From: Azolla caroliniana
Lineage: Eukaryota > Plantae > Polypodiophyta
Length of the DNA: 64,000 nt
Direction: 5' to 3'
NCBI GenBank assembly: GCA_043228905.1
Contig: JBHGNT010000003.1
Coordinates: 8,618,001-8,682,000 of the forward strand
The number at the start of each line of letters is the position of its first letter. Position 1 is the first letter of the stretch. Positions 36,101-48,300 of this stretch are shown here, in pieces. The notes under the pieces were generated by a model. The model ran no database searches. It had not been told where the DNA came from and was given only the letters and a program-made list of their open reading frames with translations. Made by a program: the position numbers and the translations under genes.

Positions 36101-36833
36101 GGTTTTCGCTCTCGTCCGAGTTGGCTATCTCCAACTCGTCTTCGGTCTTCTCACCCTTGACGGCATCATCTCCCCCATGCTTGGTTGGCTCCGGCTCTTT
36201 CTTCCAGCTGCTCCCCTTACGTCCGCTTTCGGACTCTTCCGCGGATCCACCCTCGACTTCTTCAGCCGATCCGAAATCATATTCGTCATCCGACTCAGCG
36301 TTGCGGTCTTCTCTCCCCCTCAAGTTCGGCACGTCGAGGTGACGCAACCCAAGCGCACCCGAGAATGGCCACAACTTGTTCAGTCCAAGAGGCTTGGTGA
36401 AGATGTCGGCGGTCTCCTAATCCGTCGGAACATACTGAAGTTCGACTTCACCGGAGAGAACACGCTCACAGACGAAATGGTAGTGCACCTCAATGTGCTT
36501 GGTTCGTGCATGGAAAACGGGGTTCTTCGCGAGCTGGATGTTGCTGAGGTTGTCGTCGTAGATCTTCGTCGGATCAGACACCTCCACCTGCAGATCCTTA
36601 AGTAGCTGCTTCAACCATATGGCTTTGCATGTCGCAACAGCCGCTCCTCTATACTCGGCTTCGGTGCTCGACAGCGCAACTGTCGGTTGCTTCTTGCTAC
36701 TCCACGCTATCACGACACTCCCAAGAGAGAACACGTATCCGCACATGGATCGGCGATCGGCGACGTTGCCGGCCCAATCAACATCGGTGTAGCCGGCCAA
36801 CTACGGGGTTGTACCGGTCCAATATAGCAGTCC

Positions 36834-37504
36834 TGTTGGGAACTCGACGTTCCTTATGTCCGACGCTCGGCCACAACCGAGATTCTTCTCATACACAGAA
36901 AAACAGGTAATGAAACGCGACACAAAAGAGGAGAAGAAGAGGAGAAATGGTACATAGGAGGTATACGTGGAAAACCCCAAAATAGGGGAAAAACCACGGC
37001 AGCCCACAAGCTACAAACTGTCACTATGCAGAAATATACAACAGTGAGATCACTGAGGCAACGACCTCGTGTTCTCAAATCTTCGCCACAGGCGGCGGTT
37101 ACAACAGAGGCAACGACCTCGTCTCTCTCTCTCTCTCTCTATACAGTTGCACGCTCTGATTTCTACTTGCACCAACAAGAAAGAATAACAACAAGAATGA
37201 CAACAACTCATCTAAAAGTTTGCCCTAAGTCATATTTATACTAATATGACTTTTCGGCTATTTACAAATGTAGCCTCGATGGAGCCTACACCATCCGACT
37301 CTCCGAAGTCGGGTTCTCCTCATCCGGTTCATACCGGGCCTACACCATCCGACTCTCCGAAGTCGGGTTCTCCCCATCCGGTTCATACCGGGCCTACACC
37401 ATCCGACTCTCCGAAGTCGGGTTCTCCCCATTCGGTTCATACCGTTTCCCATCCGGAGGGACTGTTCTTCTCCCTTCCCATCCGGAGGGACCTGTCTACC
37501 AACA
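36834..37504 (-). mobile_element. Solo LTR of C1 with 3 x 54-bp tandem repeat
   Basis: TG...CA, TSD AGTCC, repeat at about 37284-37445. Confidence 0.92.
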
Positions 37505-39697
37505 AGTCCCCGGTCCTTAGTGCCGCTTACGTACTGCAGTACGCGTTGCGCACACTGAAGGTGGTCCTCGGTAGGTCGCGCCATAAACTGACTGATCACC
37601 CCGACCGGATAACTAAGATCAGGTCGGGTGATTGTCAAGTAAATAAGGCTGCCGACAATTTGTCGGAACCTCATCGGGTCACAAACCGTTCCAGAATTGG
37701 GGCGAAGCTTGACGGTTCTATCCAGAGGAGTCAAGACGGACTTACAGTCGGCCATCCCGAATTTGAAGAGCATGTTCAGCGCGTAATGCCGTTGGCTTAT
37801 CAGTATGCCTTCGGGGGTGTGGATCACTTCGATCCCGAGGAAGTACTGAAGGTCCCCCAGATCCTTCATGTCAAACGATGCCGCAAGCTGGAGCTTCACG
37901 TGGTTGATTTCACCTAGATCAACGCCGGTGATGACCAAGTCATCAACATAGAGTAAAATACTGACCGGCCCGAGTCGACCTTTCCAAACGAACAGTGAGG
38001 AGTCCGATTTTGACATCGCAAAGCCCATCTGACGCAGTCGATGCGTGATCTTCACGTTCCAGGCACGCGGGGCTTGCTTCGGTCCATAAAGGGACTTCTT
38101 CAATCGGCAAACTGCTGATGTGTTCATTCCGGAGTGAAATCCGGGGGGTTGTACCGTGTACACCTGTTCCTCAAGCTCACCTTGCAAGAACGCATTCTTT
38201 ACATCCATCTGTTGTAAGTGTCACCCCTTGGTCGCGGCTACCGCGAGCAAAACACGGACGATCGTCATCTTCGCGACGGCCGCAAACGTCTCATCGTAGT
38301 CAATGCCGTGTTTCTGTGCGTAGCCTTTCGCTACTAACTAGGCCTTGTATCGGTTGACCGAGCCGTCGGTGTTGTACTTGACCTTGTACACCCACCTACA
38401 TCCGATCAGCTTCACACCCTTCGGTGCGTCAACCAGGTCCCAGGTCTCGTTTTCCGCCAATGCGTGCATCTCTTCCTCCATCGCGGCGCACCAATTCGCA
38501 TCCTGAGCCGCTTTTGCATAGCTCTCTGGCTCAGCACTTCCGCTACACGGGTCATGTACGCATAGTGATGCACCATGTACTCGTTGTATCCGAACCGCAC
38601 AACTGGGTTCTTCTAGCGGGTAGATCGGCGTAATCGGTCATTAGCCGATGTCGAGCTCTTCTCAGCCGACGCGGACTTCGCTCCATAACGGCTTCCCTCG
38701 GAGTCAGACTCGTTCCTATCCGTGCCATAATCCGACACCTTCTTCTTCCCTTTTTCTTTGCACGTAAGCCGTCTCCTCAGCTTCCTGCGCAGGGAATGCA
38801 CAACCGAATCTCCACTACTCGCCGGCTCTTCATTGGACTGGTCGGACCGACTTAGTCGTTCACTCGGTCCACTTAATCGAAACGAAATCGGACTCTCTTC
38901 TCGGGTCCCAATTTCAAGCTCATTCGGAGGCATCTCGGCCTTGCTGACCTCATCATCAGAACTCGGATTGGAGGTGAGGTCCAATGTCGGAGGCAAGTAC
39001 CAGGACGCGGACTCATCAAACACAACGTCGCGGCTCACGCGCGCTTGTTTGGTACACGGGTTATAGCACTTATAACCCTTCTGCTCGTCCGAATAGCCGA
39101 CCAAGATACACTTCTCGGCTTTTGCATCCAACTTCCTCCTTTTCTCCTTCGGAACATGCACATATGCAATGCTACCGAAAAATCGTAAGTGTCGCAAGTT
39201 CGGCTTTGTTCCGAAATATAGCTTGTGCGCCGACACTTTGTCTCCGATCCGGTTCTGGATGTATACCACGGTCCTTACCGCCTCGGCCTAGTAGAACTTG
39301 GGCAAGCTCTTCTCCTCCAACATTGCCCGTGCCGCTTCCACAACCGACCGATTTTTCCTCTCGGCCATGTCGTTTTGCTCCGGTGTGTATCTACAACTGA
39401 ATTCGCGGTGAATTCCCATCTGCTGTAGATAACCGTTGAATTGACCGGAAAAGTATTCTTTTCCGCCATCCGACCGCAGGCACTTGATCTTTCTTCCTGT
39501 TTCCATTTCCACGAACCCTTTGAGGTGTCGAATACATGTGTATAATGGACGTATTCACACTATCCCGTTTTGGCCATTTATGTAATTAGCATAAAGGGTA
39601 GTTGCCCTAAGTCGGTCACTATATATAGTGACCTTGTAACATTTTTGTAAGGTTGGTTGTTGTATTATTGCTTTGTGAAATAAGAAAGTCTTTTGTG

Positions 39698-39736
<39 letters not shown>

Positions 39737-40513
39737 AACGACATAGAAACTGTCATACGCAGGTACTCAACAGCAATCGAATGCTTCTTGATCTTCCGCA
39801 CAGACGACTTTGTCTCTAACATTTGGTATCAGAGCCTGCACAGCATTCGGTCCTTCAATCCGCTGTCGGCCGTCGTTTCAGCCTGCACAGCATTCGGTTT
39901 CCTGCGTCATTCGAAGAAGAGAGAAGAAGAAAAACGAGGCTTGCATCTCTTCGCGTTAGATCCTCTTCGCTTGGAGCAAGCCAGCCGGTTGTACTCCGTT
40001 CCTTGTGATCGCAACGCTCGAGGTGAAATCCCCTTGTGCAACATTGACACGATCGCGCTCCACTCGGTTAAACGGCATCCGAAAAGGTCATTAAACGCTG
40101 CTCGCCGCTCGTTGTAACCACTCGGTGCAGATCGGTCTCAAGACAACAACCCCAATTCTTGCTTCATCCGGCTGATCGACATTCGAGAGGATCAGTTGGA
40201 TCCATCTCTCTCGTCGCTGCAGTCACCCGAAGCCGAATCGGTCCAGATAATCGGTTTCAATAATCGGTATTCGGTATATATATCCGAAGCGAACCGGGCT
40301 CACTTCGACTCGGAACCATTCGGGAAGACCAGTCGGTTCTGTCCCTCAAGTTACCGGAGTCAATTCGAGCAAGTTCAACAATACATATATTCGAAGCCGA
40401 ACCGACTCGGGTTCAAATCCGACTAGAACGATATCGGGTGAGCCAACCGGCTGCACTCCAACAAGGTTCGTAGTCAACTCCGAACCGAGCTTCGTTAACC
40501 GAAACCAAATTTG

Positions 40514-41776
40514 ATGGCATCAACATCCGGCTCGTCAGAAATGAGTCTACGAAAGTTCGATGGATCGAACTTCAACTTCTGGAAGGAGCAAATGCAGGAC
40601 TATCTCATAGTCAAGGGGCAAATCGATCCCATCGAAAATGAAGAACCTCCAGAAGGATACAAACCAATTGAGTGGCAGAAGCTGGACAGAATTGTCCGCG
40701 CCACGATTCGGATGCACCTATCGGAATCGGTATACTTTACGGTGCAATCGTGTACGACAGCATTCGAACTGTGGAAAACACTGTCGGACACTTACGAAAA
40801 GAAGGTCGCCGCAACGAAGATGTTTCTGATCCGGCGCCTCTACAACTTGCGGATGAAAGAATCCGATTCGGTTCAAGCACACCTCAATGAGTACGAAAGC
40901 ATAAGCTCCCAAATCTCGTCACAGGGGACGGCAATCGAGGATGAACTCAGAGCAATGATACTCATGAGCAGCCTTCCCTCATCATGGGAAACTTTCGTCA
41001 CAACCGTGTGCAACGCGTCAACCACGGCTGTTAAATACTCCGAAGTCACGAGCGCAATCCTGACCGAAGCAGCTCGGAGAAAGTCTTTCGCCAAAGACTC
41101 AACAGACGACGCTTACGTAGTACAAGGTTCGACAGACCGATCGAACATACGAGGAAGAGATTCCTCACGGCCGCCGAACAATCAGCGAAGACGGAGCCAG
41201 TCACGGGATAACCGAATCTGCAACTATTGCAAGAAACCCGGACACATCAAAGCCGACTGCCGCGCACTCAAGAACAAGAACAACAAGAAGAGTGGCCGGC
41301 ATGAGGAGATCAATTACGTCAGCTTCTCAGCTGATGTACTACCGGACGACCCGAATATACTATCAATCGAAAATCCAGTCGGATCAGAAGTTCTACTCAC
41401 GACTGAAGAATCGAGCACATGGCTCTTAGATTCGGGCGCGTCATTTCACGTGACTCCTCATCGATCCCAATTTCGGCAATATACGATCCGTCACTCCGAC
41501 TCAGTTCGAGTCGGCAACTCACAACACTGTGACATCATCGGAATCGGCACAGTAGAGCTCAACCTTGCAGGTGGCTCTACACTTGTACTCCACAATGTCC
41601 GACATGTACCCGAGCTCTCAAGGCCATTGATCTCAGTCGGACAAGTAGATGAAGACGGCATTCGTGCCGGTTTTTCTTCGGGAGGGTGGACACTCCACAG
41701 GGGGAACCTCCTGCTTGCTAGAGGACCCAAGATACACTCCCTGTATCCGTTACCATGTTACGCTCAGAGAGGGTAA
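40514..41776 (+). CDS. gag: C3a Gag-protease (frameshifted downstream)
   Basis: KFDGSNFNFWK, CNYCKKPGHIKADC, WLLDSGASFH. Confidence 0.85.
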   Translation: MASTSGSSEMSLRKFDGSNFNFWKEQMQDYLIVKGQIDPIENEEPPEGYKPIEWQKLDRIVRATIRMHLSESVYFTVQSCTTAFELWKTLSDTYEKKVAATKMFLIRRLYNLRMKESDSVQAHLNEYESISSQISSQGTAIEDELRAMILMSSLPSSWETFVTTVCNASTTAVKYSEVTSAILTEAARRKSFAKDSTDDAYVVQGSTDRSNIRGRDSSRPPNNQRRRSQSRDNRICNYCKKPGHIKADCRALKNKNNKKSGRHEEINYVSFSADVLPDDPNILSIENPVGSEVLLTTEESSTWLLDSGASFHVTPHRSQFRQYTIRHSDSVRVGNSQHCDIIGIGTVELNLAGGSTLVLHNVRHVPELSRPLISVGQVDEDGIRAGFSSGGWTLHRGNLLLARGPKIHSLYPLPCYAQRG

Positions 41777-43045
41777 CCTGTTTTTGGTGGATATTCCTGT
41801 GTCATCACTATGGCACCGAAGATTAGGACACCTCAGCAAGGCCGGCATCACGCACCTATCTAGAGCCGGATACATCCCCAAACTCTCCTTCTCGGGACCA
41901 TCAATTCTGCGAGCATTGCAGTATGGCAAACAAGCAGCCGCAATCACACCCGACATTCAGCACCAAGAGAAACGAGACCTCTTGATTTGGTCCACTCGGA
42001 CGTCTGTGGCCCAATGCCGCATCAGTCTCTCGGCGGTGCCTCCTACTTCGTCACTTTTATTGACGATTCGACTCGAAAGGTGTGGGCTTATCCAATTCGC
42101 ACCAAAGATCGGGTCTTCTCGTCTCATCACCGATTGGCTCGCTATGGTAGAAAATCAAACCGACCGAAAGCTGAAATGCTTTCGGACAGACAATGGGGGA
42201 GAGTTTAAAATCCGAAGAATTCGTCAAATTCTGCCGACAAACGCGGCATCCGACGTGAGTTTACGACACCACACAGTCCGGAGCAAAAACGGGATTGCCG
42301 AACGCATGAATCGGACAATCCAAGAACGGACAGTTTCCATGCTCCCAACACTCCGGACTGTCGGATGGCTTCTGGGCAGAGGCTCTACTCACGGCAGTAC
42401 ACCATAATCAATATGTCGCCAAGTAGACCTCTAGGACTTCAAAATTCCTCAGGGAACTATGGATCGACAGTAAGCCGAATTACGACAAGCTGAGGATCTT
42501 CGGATGCGAGGCGTACGCCCTTATTCCGAAAGATGATCGCCGAAAACTTGCACCTCGGTCCAGGAAATGCATTTTCCTTGGATTATGGATCCGACGGCGA
42601 AATGGGATACCGACTCTGGGACCCCGAACGCAGACAAATCGTTCGAGAGTTCGGACGTTGTGTTCAACGAGTCGGCTATGAATCCATCAGTCGAAAAACC
42701 GATCGAAGTCCGAAGGGTAACATTTTCCGATGTGCAAACCCTTCAAGAAGGCCCTGCTCTCAACACACGGTCAGCTTCACGGGTAGCTGAACCTTACACT
42801 ACCGACTCGGACAACCCCGACTCGGCACAGCAGAACAATCCGCTTTCGGACCATCCGACCTTGATTACCCGATGCGACCAGTCCAATCTTACCTCGCCGA
42901 TCCGAGAGACTGTCGCAACCTCCGGAGAGGTATTCTCCTGGAATTTTCTTCACCGACGCCGGCGAACCGACGTCTTACGAAGAAGCATCGACATCTGTCG
43001 ATTCCGCCACCTGGCGATTAGTCGGCATGAAGATTAGTCGGCAGA

Positions 43046-43145
43046 NNNNNNNNNNNNNNNNNNNNNNNNNNNNNNNNNNNNNNNNNNNNNNNNNNNNNNN
43101 NNNNNNNNNNNNNNNNNNNNNNNNNNNNNNNNNNNNNNNNNNNNN
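43046..43145. other. Assembly gap (100 N)
   Basis: Run of N. Confidence 1.
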
Positions 43146-44470
43146 ACATCCGCAAGTTGTAGAGGCGCCGGATCAGAAACATCTTCGTTGCGGCGACCTT
43201 CTTTTCGTAAGTGTCCGACAGTGTTTTCCACAGTTCGAATGCTGTCGTACACGATTGCACCGTAAAGTATACCGATTCCGATAGGTGCATCCGAATCGTG
43301 GCGCGGACAATTCTGTCCAGCTTCTGCCACTCAATTGGTTTGTATCCTTCTGGAGGTTCTTCATTTTCGATGGGATCGATTTGCCCCTTGACTATGAGAT
43401 AGTCCTGCATTTGCTCCTTCCAGAAGTTGAAGTTCGATCCATCGAACTTTCGTAGACTCATTTCTGACGAGCCGGATGTTGATGCCATCAAATTTGGTTT
43501 CGGTTAACGAAGCTCGGTTCGGAGTTGACTACGAACCTTGTTGGAGTGCAGCCGGTTGGCTCACCCGATATCGTTCTAGTCGGATTTGAACCCGAGTCGG
43601 TTCGGCTTCGAATATATGTATTGTTGAACTTGCTCGAATTGACTCCGGTAACTTGAGGGACAGAACTGACTGGTCTTCCCGAATGGTTCCGAGTCGAAGT
43701 GAGCCCGGTTCGCTTCGGATATATATACCGAATACCGATTATTGAAACCGATTATCTGGACCGATTCGGCTTCGGGTGACTGCAGCGACGAGAGAGATGG
43801 ATCCAACTGATCCTCTCGAATGTCGATCAGCCGGATGAAGCACGAATTGGGGTTGTTGTCTTGAGACCGATCTGCACCGAGTGGTTACAACGAGCGGCGA
43901 GCAGCGTTTAATGACCTTTTCGGATGCCGTTTAACCGAGTGGAGCGCGATCGTGTCAATGTTGCACAAGGGGATTTCACCTCGAGCGTTGCGATCACAAG
44001 GAACGGAGTACAACCGGCTGGCTTGCTCCAAGCGAAGAGGATCTAACGCGAAGAGATGCAAGCCTCGTTTTTCTTCTTCTCTCTTCTTCGAATGACGCAG
44101 GAAACCGAATGCTGTGCAGGCTGAAACGACGGCCGACAGTGGATTGAAGGACCGAATGCTGTGCAGGCTCTGATACCAGATGTTAGAGACAAAGTCGTCT
44201 GTGCGGAAGATCAAGAAGCATTCGATTGCTGTTGAGTACCTGCGTATGATAGTTTCTATGTCATTGCACAGAGAGAGAGAGAGAGAGAGACAGAGAGGCA
44301 CAAAAGACTTTCTTATTCCACAAAGCAATAATACAACAACCAACCTTACAAAAAGGTTACAAGGTCACTATATATAGTGACCGACTTAGGGCAACTACCC
44401 TTTATGCTAATTACATAAATGGCCAAAACGGGATAGTGTGAATACGTCCATTATACACATGTATTCGACA
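43146..44470 (-). mobile_element. C3b: 5' end of a second C3 copy, inverted, inside the C3a RT (LTR 44181-44470)
   Basis: Near-identical reverse complement of 39526-40856. Host RT resumes LGPARHILGMKI after 44470. Confidence 0.8.
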
Positions 44471-45365
44471 CCTCGGTCCGGCACGACACATACTCGGCAT
44501 GAAGATTAGTCGGCATCGCGATAAACGACATCTTTTTCTGTCTCAGACCGACTATATCCGACGTGTCTTAGAACGCTTCAACATGCAATCAGCCAAATCT
44601 GCTTCAACCCCGCTCCCTATGAATCTTCGGCTCTCTCAGCGAGACTGCCCGACATCCGGTCCGGAGGGGGAAGATATGAAGTCGGTACCGTATGCACCGG
44701 CAGTCGGCTCCCTTATGTACCTGATGGTCGCGACACGGCCTGATATTTCTCACGCCGTAGGAGTCGTTAGCAGATTTATGCACAATCCTGGCCGATCGCA
44801 TTGGAACGCAGTCAAGCATGTGTTCAGATATCTGGCTGGCACAAAAGACCACGGCATTCTTTTCGGTCCGAACCGAACCTCAGGCGTAGTCGGTTACACC
44901 GACTCGGACTTCGCCGGCTGTATAGACAGTCGGAAATCAACAACCGGATACTGCTTCAAATTCGGCAATGGAGCAATCTCGTGGAAGTCGAAACTTCAGG
45001 AGTGCACAGCGACCTCAACGACCGAAGCAGAATATGTAGCTGCGTCCGACGCAGCAAAAGAAGCTTTGTGGCTCGGTCGGCTGGCGCACACGTTTCGACA
45101 AGTCGACCATGACTCGGCTCCAGTTGTCTACAGCGACAGTCAAGGTGCTGTTGCCTTGTCGAAAAATCCGGTTCACCACAACGCCTCCAAACATATCGAC
45201 GTTCGATATCACTTCGTTCGGGACTGCGTCATTTCAGGGAAAATCGGTCTAGAGAAAATATCCACAACCGACAATGTCACAGATGGAATGACCAAGTGTC
45301 TTTCGGCAGACCGTTTTCGGTCTCTTCGGCATCAGATGGGCGTAACGACAAACCAGTCCGGTTAG
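44471..45365 (+). CDS. pol: C3a RT C-terminus and RNase H
   Basis: SLMYLMVATRPDI, YTDSDFAG, SKHIDVRYHF. Confidence 0.88.
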
Positions 45366-48300
45366 AGCCGGACACAGAGCAGGATGGTTCCCGACAACCG
45401 ACATCAGTTCCTTAATGATCGGCTTCAACTGTTCCGACCCGACCAGTTCGGTCTTCTGCCTTCGGACCCTGCCGACTCGAACAAAGCTGATATGTCCGAG
45501 AACCTAAGTCTATACCTGTAATCTTAGATAACCCATGTATACGCCCATTACGGGGGAGTGTCGAATACATGTGTATAATGGACGTATTCACACTATCCCA
45601 TTTTGGCCATTTATGTAATTAGCATAAAGGGTAGTTGCCCTAAGTCGGTCACTATATATAGTGACCTTGTAACCTTTTTGTAAGGTTGGTTGTTGTATTA
45701 TTGCTTTGTGGAATAAGAAAGTCTTTTGTGCCTCTCTGTCTCTCTCTCTCTCTCTCTGTGCAACGACATAGAAACTGTCATACGCAGGTACTCAACAGCA
45801 ATCGAATGCTTCTTGATCTTCCGCACAGACGACTTTGTCTCTAACATGAGGTCCCGAAAACAGTCGAAGACTTCGCTCTTCCTCTCTATGAGGTAGATCC
45901 ACGTGTGCCGCGTGTAGTCGTCGATGAAGGAGATGAAATATCAGCTCCCACCAAGACTAACGTTTTGTGTCGGCCCCCACACATCGGAGTGTATCACATC
46001 GAGCTTGTTCTGGCTCCGGTTACGCTTGTTTGGGAAGGGAAGTCGGTGTTGCTTCCCAAGCTGGCAGGCTTCACAAATTTGTGCCTTCCGGCAACTAAAT
46101 TTGGGCAATCCGAACACCACTTGTTTCGATTGCATGTCTTGAAGCCACTGGTAGTTGACGTGGCCTATCTGCTTGTGCCATAAGTCGATGTCTGACTCGA
46201 CTTTTTGTCCCTTCGCGAACATTGAGTGCCACCGTCAGTAGATTCGAGGATGAACATCCTCCCATCTCTGCGCCCTTGCGCAATAACACGACCTTCTTCC
46301 TCAATGAGAGACCCGAGGTGTGTAAACCGAACCTGCATCCCTTGGTCGACGATCTGCCCGACCGACACCAAGTTCTTCGTGATTGTCGGAACGTGTAGCA
46401 CATTTATGAGTTTCCCTTTCTGCCCGACATGGCTCAAGGGAACTTCACCGATATTCTCGATCGGATGCGGAGTGTCGTCTCCGGTTGCGACTACTCCTGG
46501 TTGCGTCGGTTTCTCAAGGTACAAGAACCACTCCTTATGGCTCGTCATGTGATTTGACGTGCCGAAGTTGACGTACCACACCTCGTCCGATTTCGGGGTG
46601 GTCTGCTTCATTGAGTTTGCTTTGTGTCTCGTCACGAAGATTGAGCCTTTTCCGGCTTCTCTGGATCCTTCGACGTAGTGCGATCGTTGCCGATTTCCTT
46701 TGTTGGTCTATCCAGAACCTGTTACGGACCCGGTTCTCTCCAAATCGGCGCACTTTTTCCAGCACTCGCTCTCCCTGTGGCCTTTCTTGCCACAGTACCA
46801 GCATTCTGCGGCGGATTTCCCTTGCCGGTTCTCGTCACCTCGACTCCCCCTGTTTACGGAGGGTCCGGAATTGATGTCAGCATCACTTCGGTGCCTTCTT
46901 CCTTGATCCTGTCGGCGGCCTCCATTGCATACCAACTCGCCTCGTCCGCCACGACCACGGGGCTTATCTCCCTCCGTGTATAACATCTTGTTGTCGGTGT
47001 GAGTGCTCGTTGACGCACCCGCGTGGTTCTCCTCTACCAGGATCATCGACTGTAAGTCGAAAAAGGACAGTGTATTCTCCCGGGTACACACAGCAATTCG
47101 GAACGCCCCGAACTTTGACGCCAAACCACCGAGATAGACCTGGACCATCTCGCTTTCCTCGATGTTCACATCGATGGAAGCTAAGGAGTCGCATATGTCC
47201 TTAATCCTCGAGGTATAGTCAGCCACCGACAAATCGCATTGCCGTAGGTTGCTCAACTCTTGTCGGAGCTGAAGCTTCCTGGCTGTGGTGCTTGCGGCGA
47301 AAATCTTCTTCAAATTTTCCCACGCACCCTTCGGCGTTTTTGCATCCCGAACGAATAGTTGTTCACCCACACAAGAGGCGAAATAGTACAACACTCTGCT
47401 CGCCGATTGTTCCCACGTCGGGAAGTCTTTGTGTGTCGAATCGGGTGTTGTGTCATTTGCTCCATCGACATAGCTCTAGTAACTGTGTCCGAGCAGGTAC
47501 TGGTGCATCTTGTAAGACCAAGACACGTAGTTGTTTCTGTCGAGCTTCTCCGTCAAAAGCGAGCTAGCCATTCCTCTGTCCATCGGTTTTCTTGTTCTTC
47601 TTCGTTGGTTTTTCCTTCACGCAAAGTCGACTGCAAAGGTTCTCAACCCTCGCGCTCTAATACCATGAAAAGAATTGCGTGCGGAAGCAATATAGAGAAC
47701 CCAACAACAGAAAACGTAGGTTTAATGGAAAGCTTAGGTTTGCACAGTGCGCACGGGAGAGACAGACACAGAGAGAGAGAGTAAACACAAGAACTTAATT
47801 CAAAAAGATAATACTCAATCTGTACATAGGATGTGCTCAGTGAGCACTTTTATACAAGCCCTGACAATCGGGCTGACACAAGTACTGACCGTACTTGACT
47901 GCTCATAAATGAGCCTCAACTCTTACTCCCAAAACTATTCCTTACGAGGAATATCTTTCTAACGGCCTTTCGGTTTACGCACTAATACGGCCTTCCTACG
48001 CACCGGTTTGCATACCGGTTTACGCATCCGTTTTATGCACTTGTCCGGCCTAACCGATTGGTCCCAACCGATCTAGTCCTCGGCTTGCTCAGCCGATCCG
48101 GCCGATGTTGAGCTTGTCTCTCAACACGATTGTTGTGTTTTTCTCTTTACAAGGTCCACGATCGTGTCATGGAACTCCTTCTTCGTAATGCCAAGCTATT
48201 CCCTCAAGGACAGTCACGTGGCTATCAAGAACTCGTTCTTCGAGAATCTTCTTTAGGTCCGTCGTCTGCTCTATGTCCGACCTTAGCTTATAGGTAGGCA

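Larger units (their letters stand above)
39526..45846 (+). mobile_element. C3a: young copia (LTRs 39526-39821 and 45559-45846)
   Basis: TSD TGAGG, near-identical LTRs, PBS TGGTATCAGAGC at 39824, PPT ACGGGGGAG. Confidence 0.93.
35414..48126 (-). mobile_element. C2b: full-length decayed copia (3' LTR 35414-35843, 5' LTR 47666-48126)
   Basis: TSD CGATT on both sides, PBS-Met 47654-47665, PPT at 35844, gag/PR/IN/RT/RH fragments. Confidence 0.93.

Noticed and set aside
43018-43045. Short duplicate of the RT sequence at about 44494-44516 next to the gap
   Set aside because: It sits at a contig end in error-rich sequence and is most likely a gap-filling artefact.
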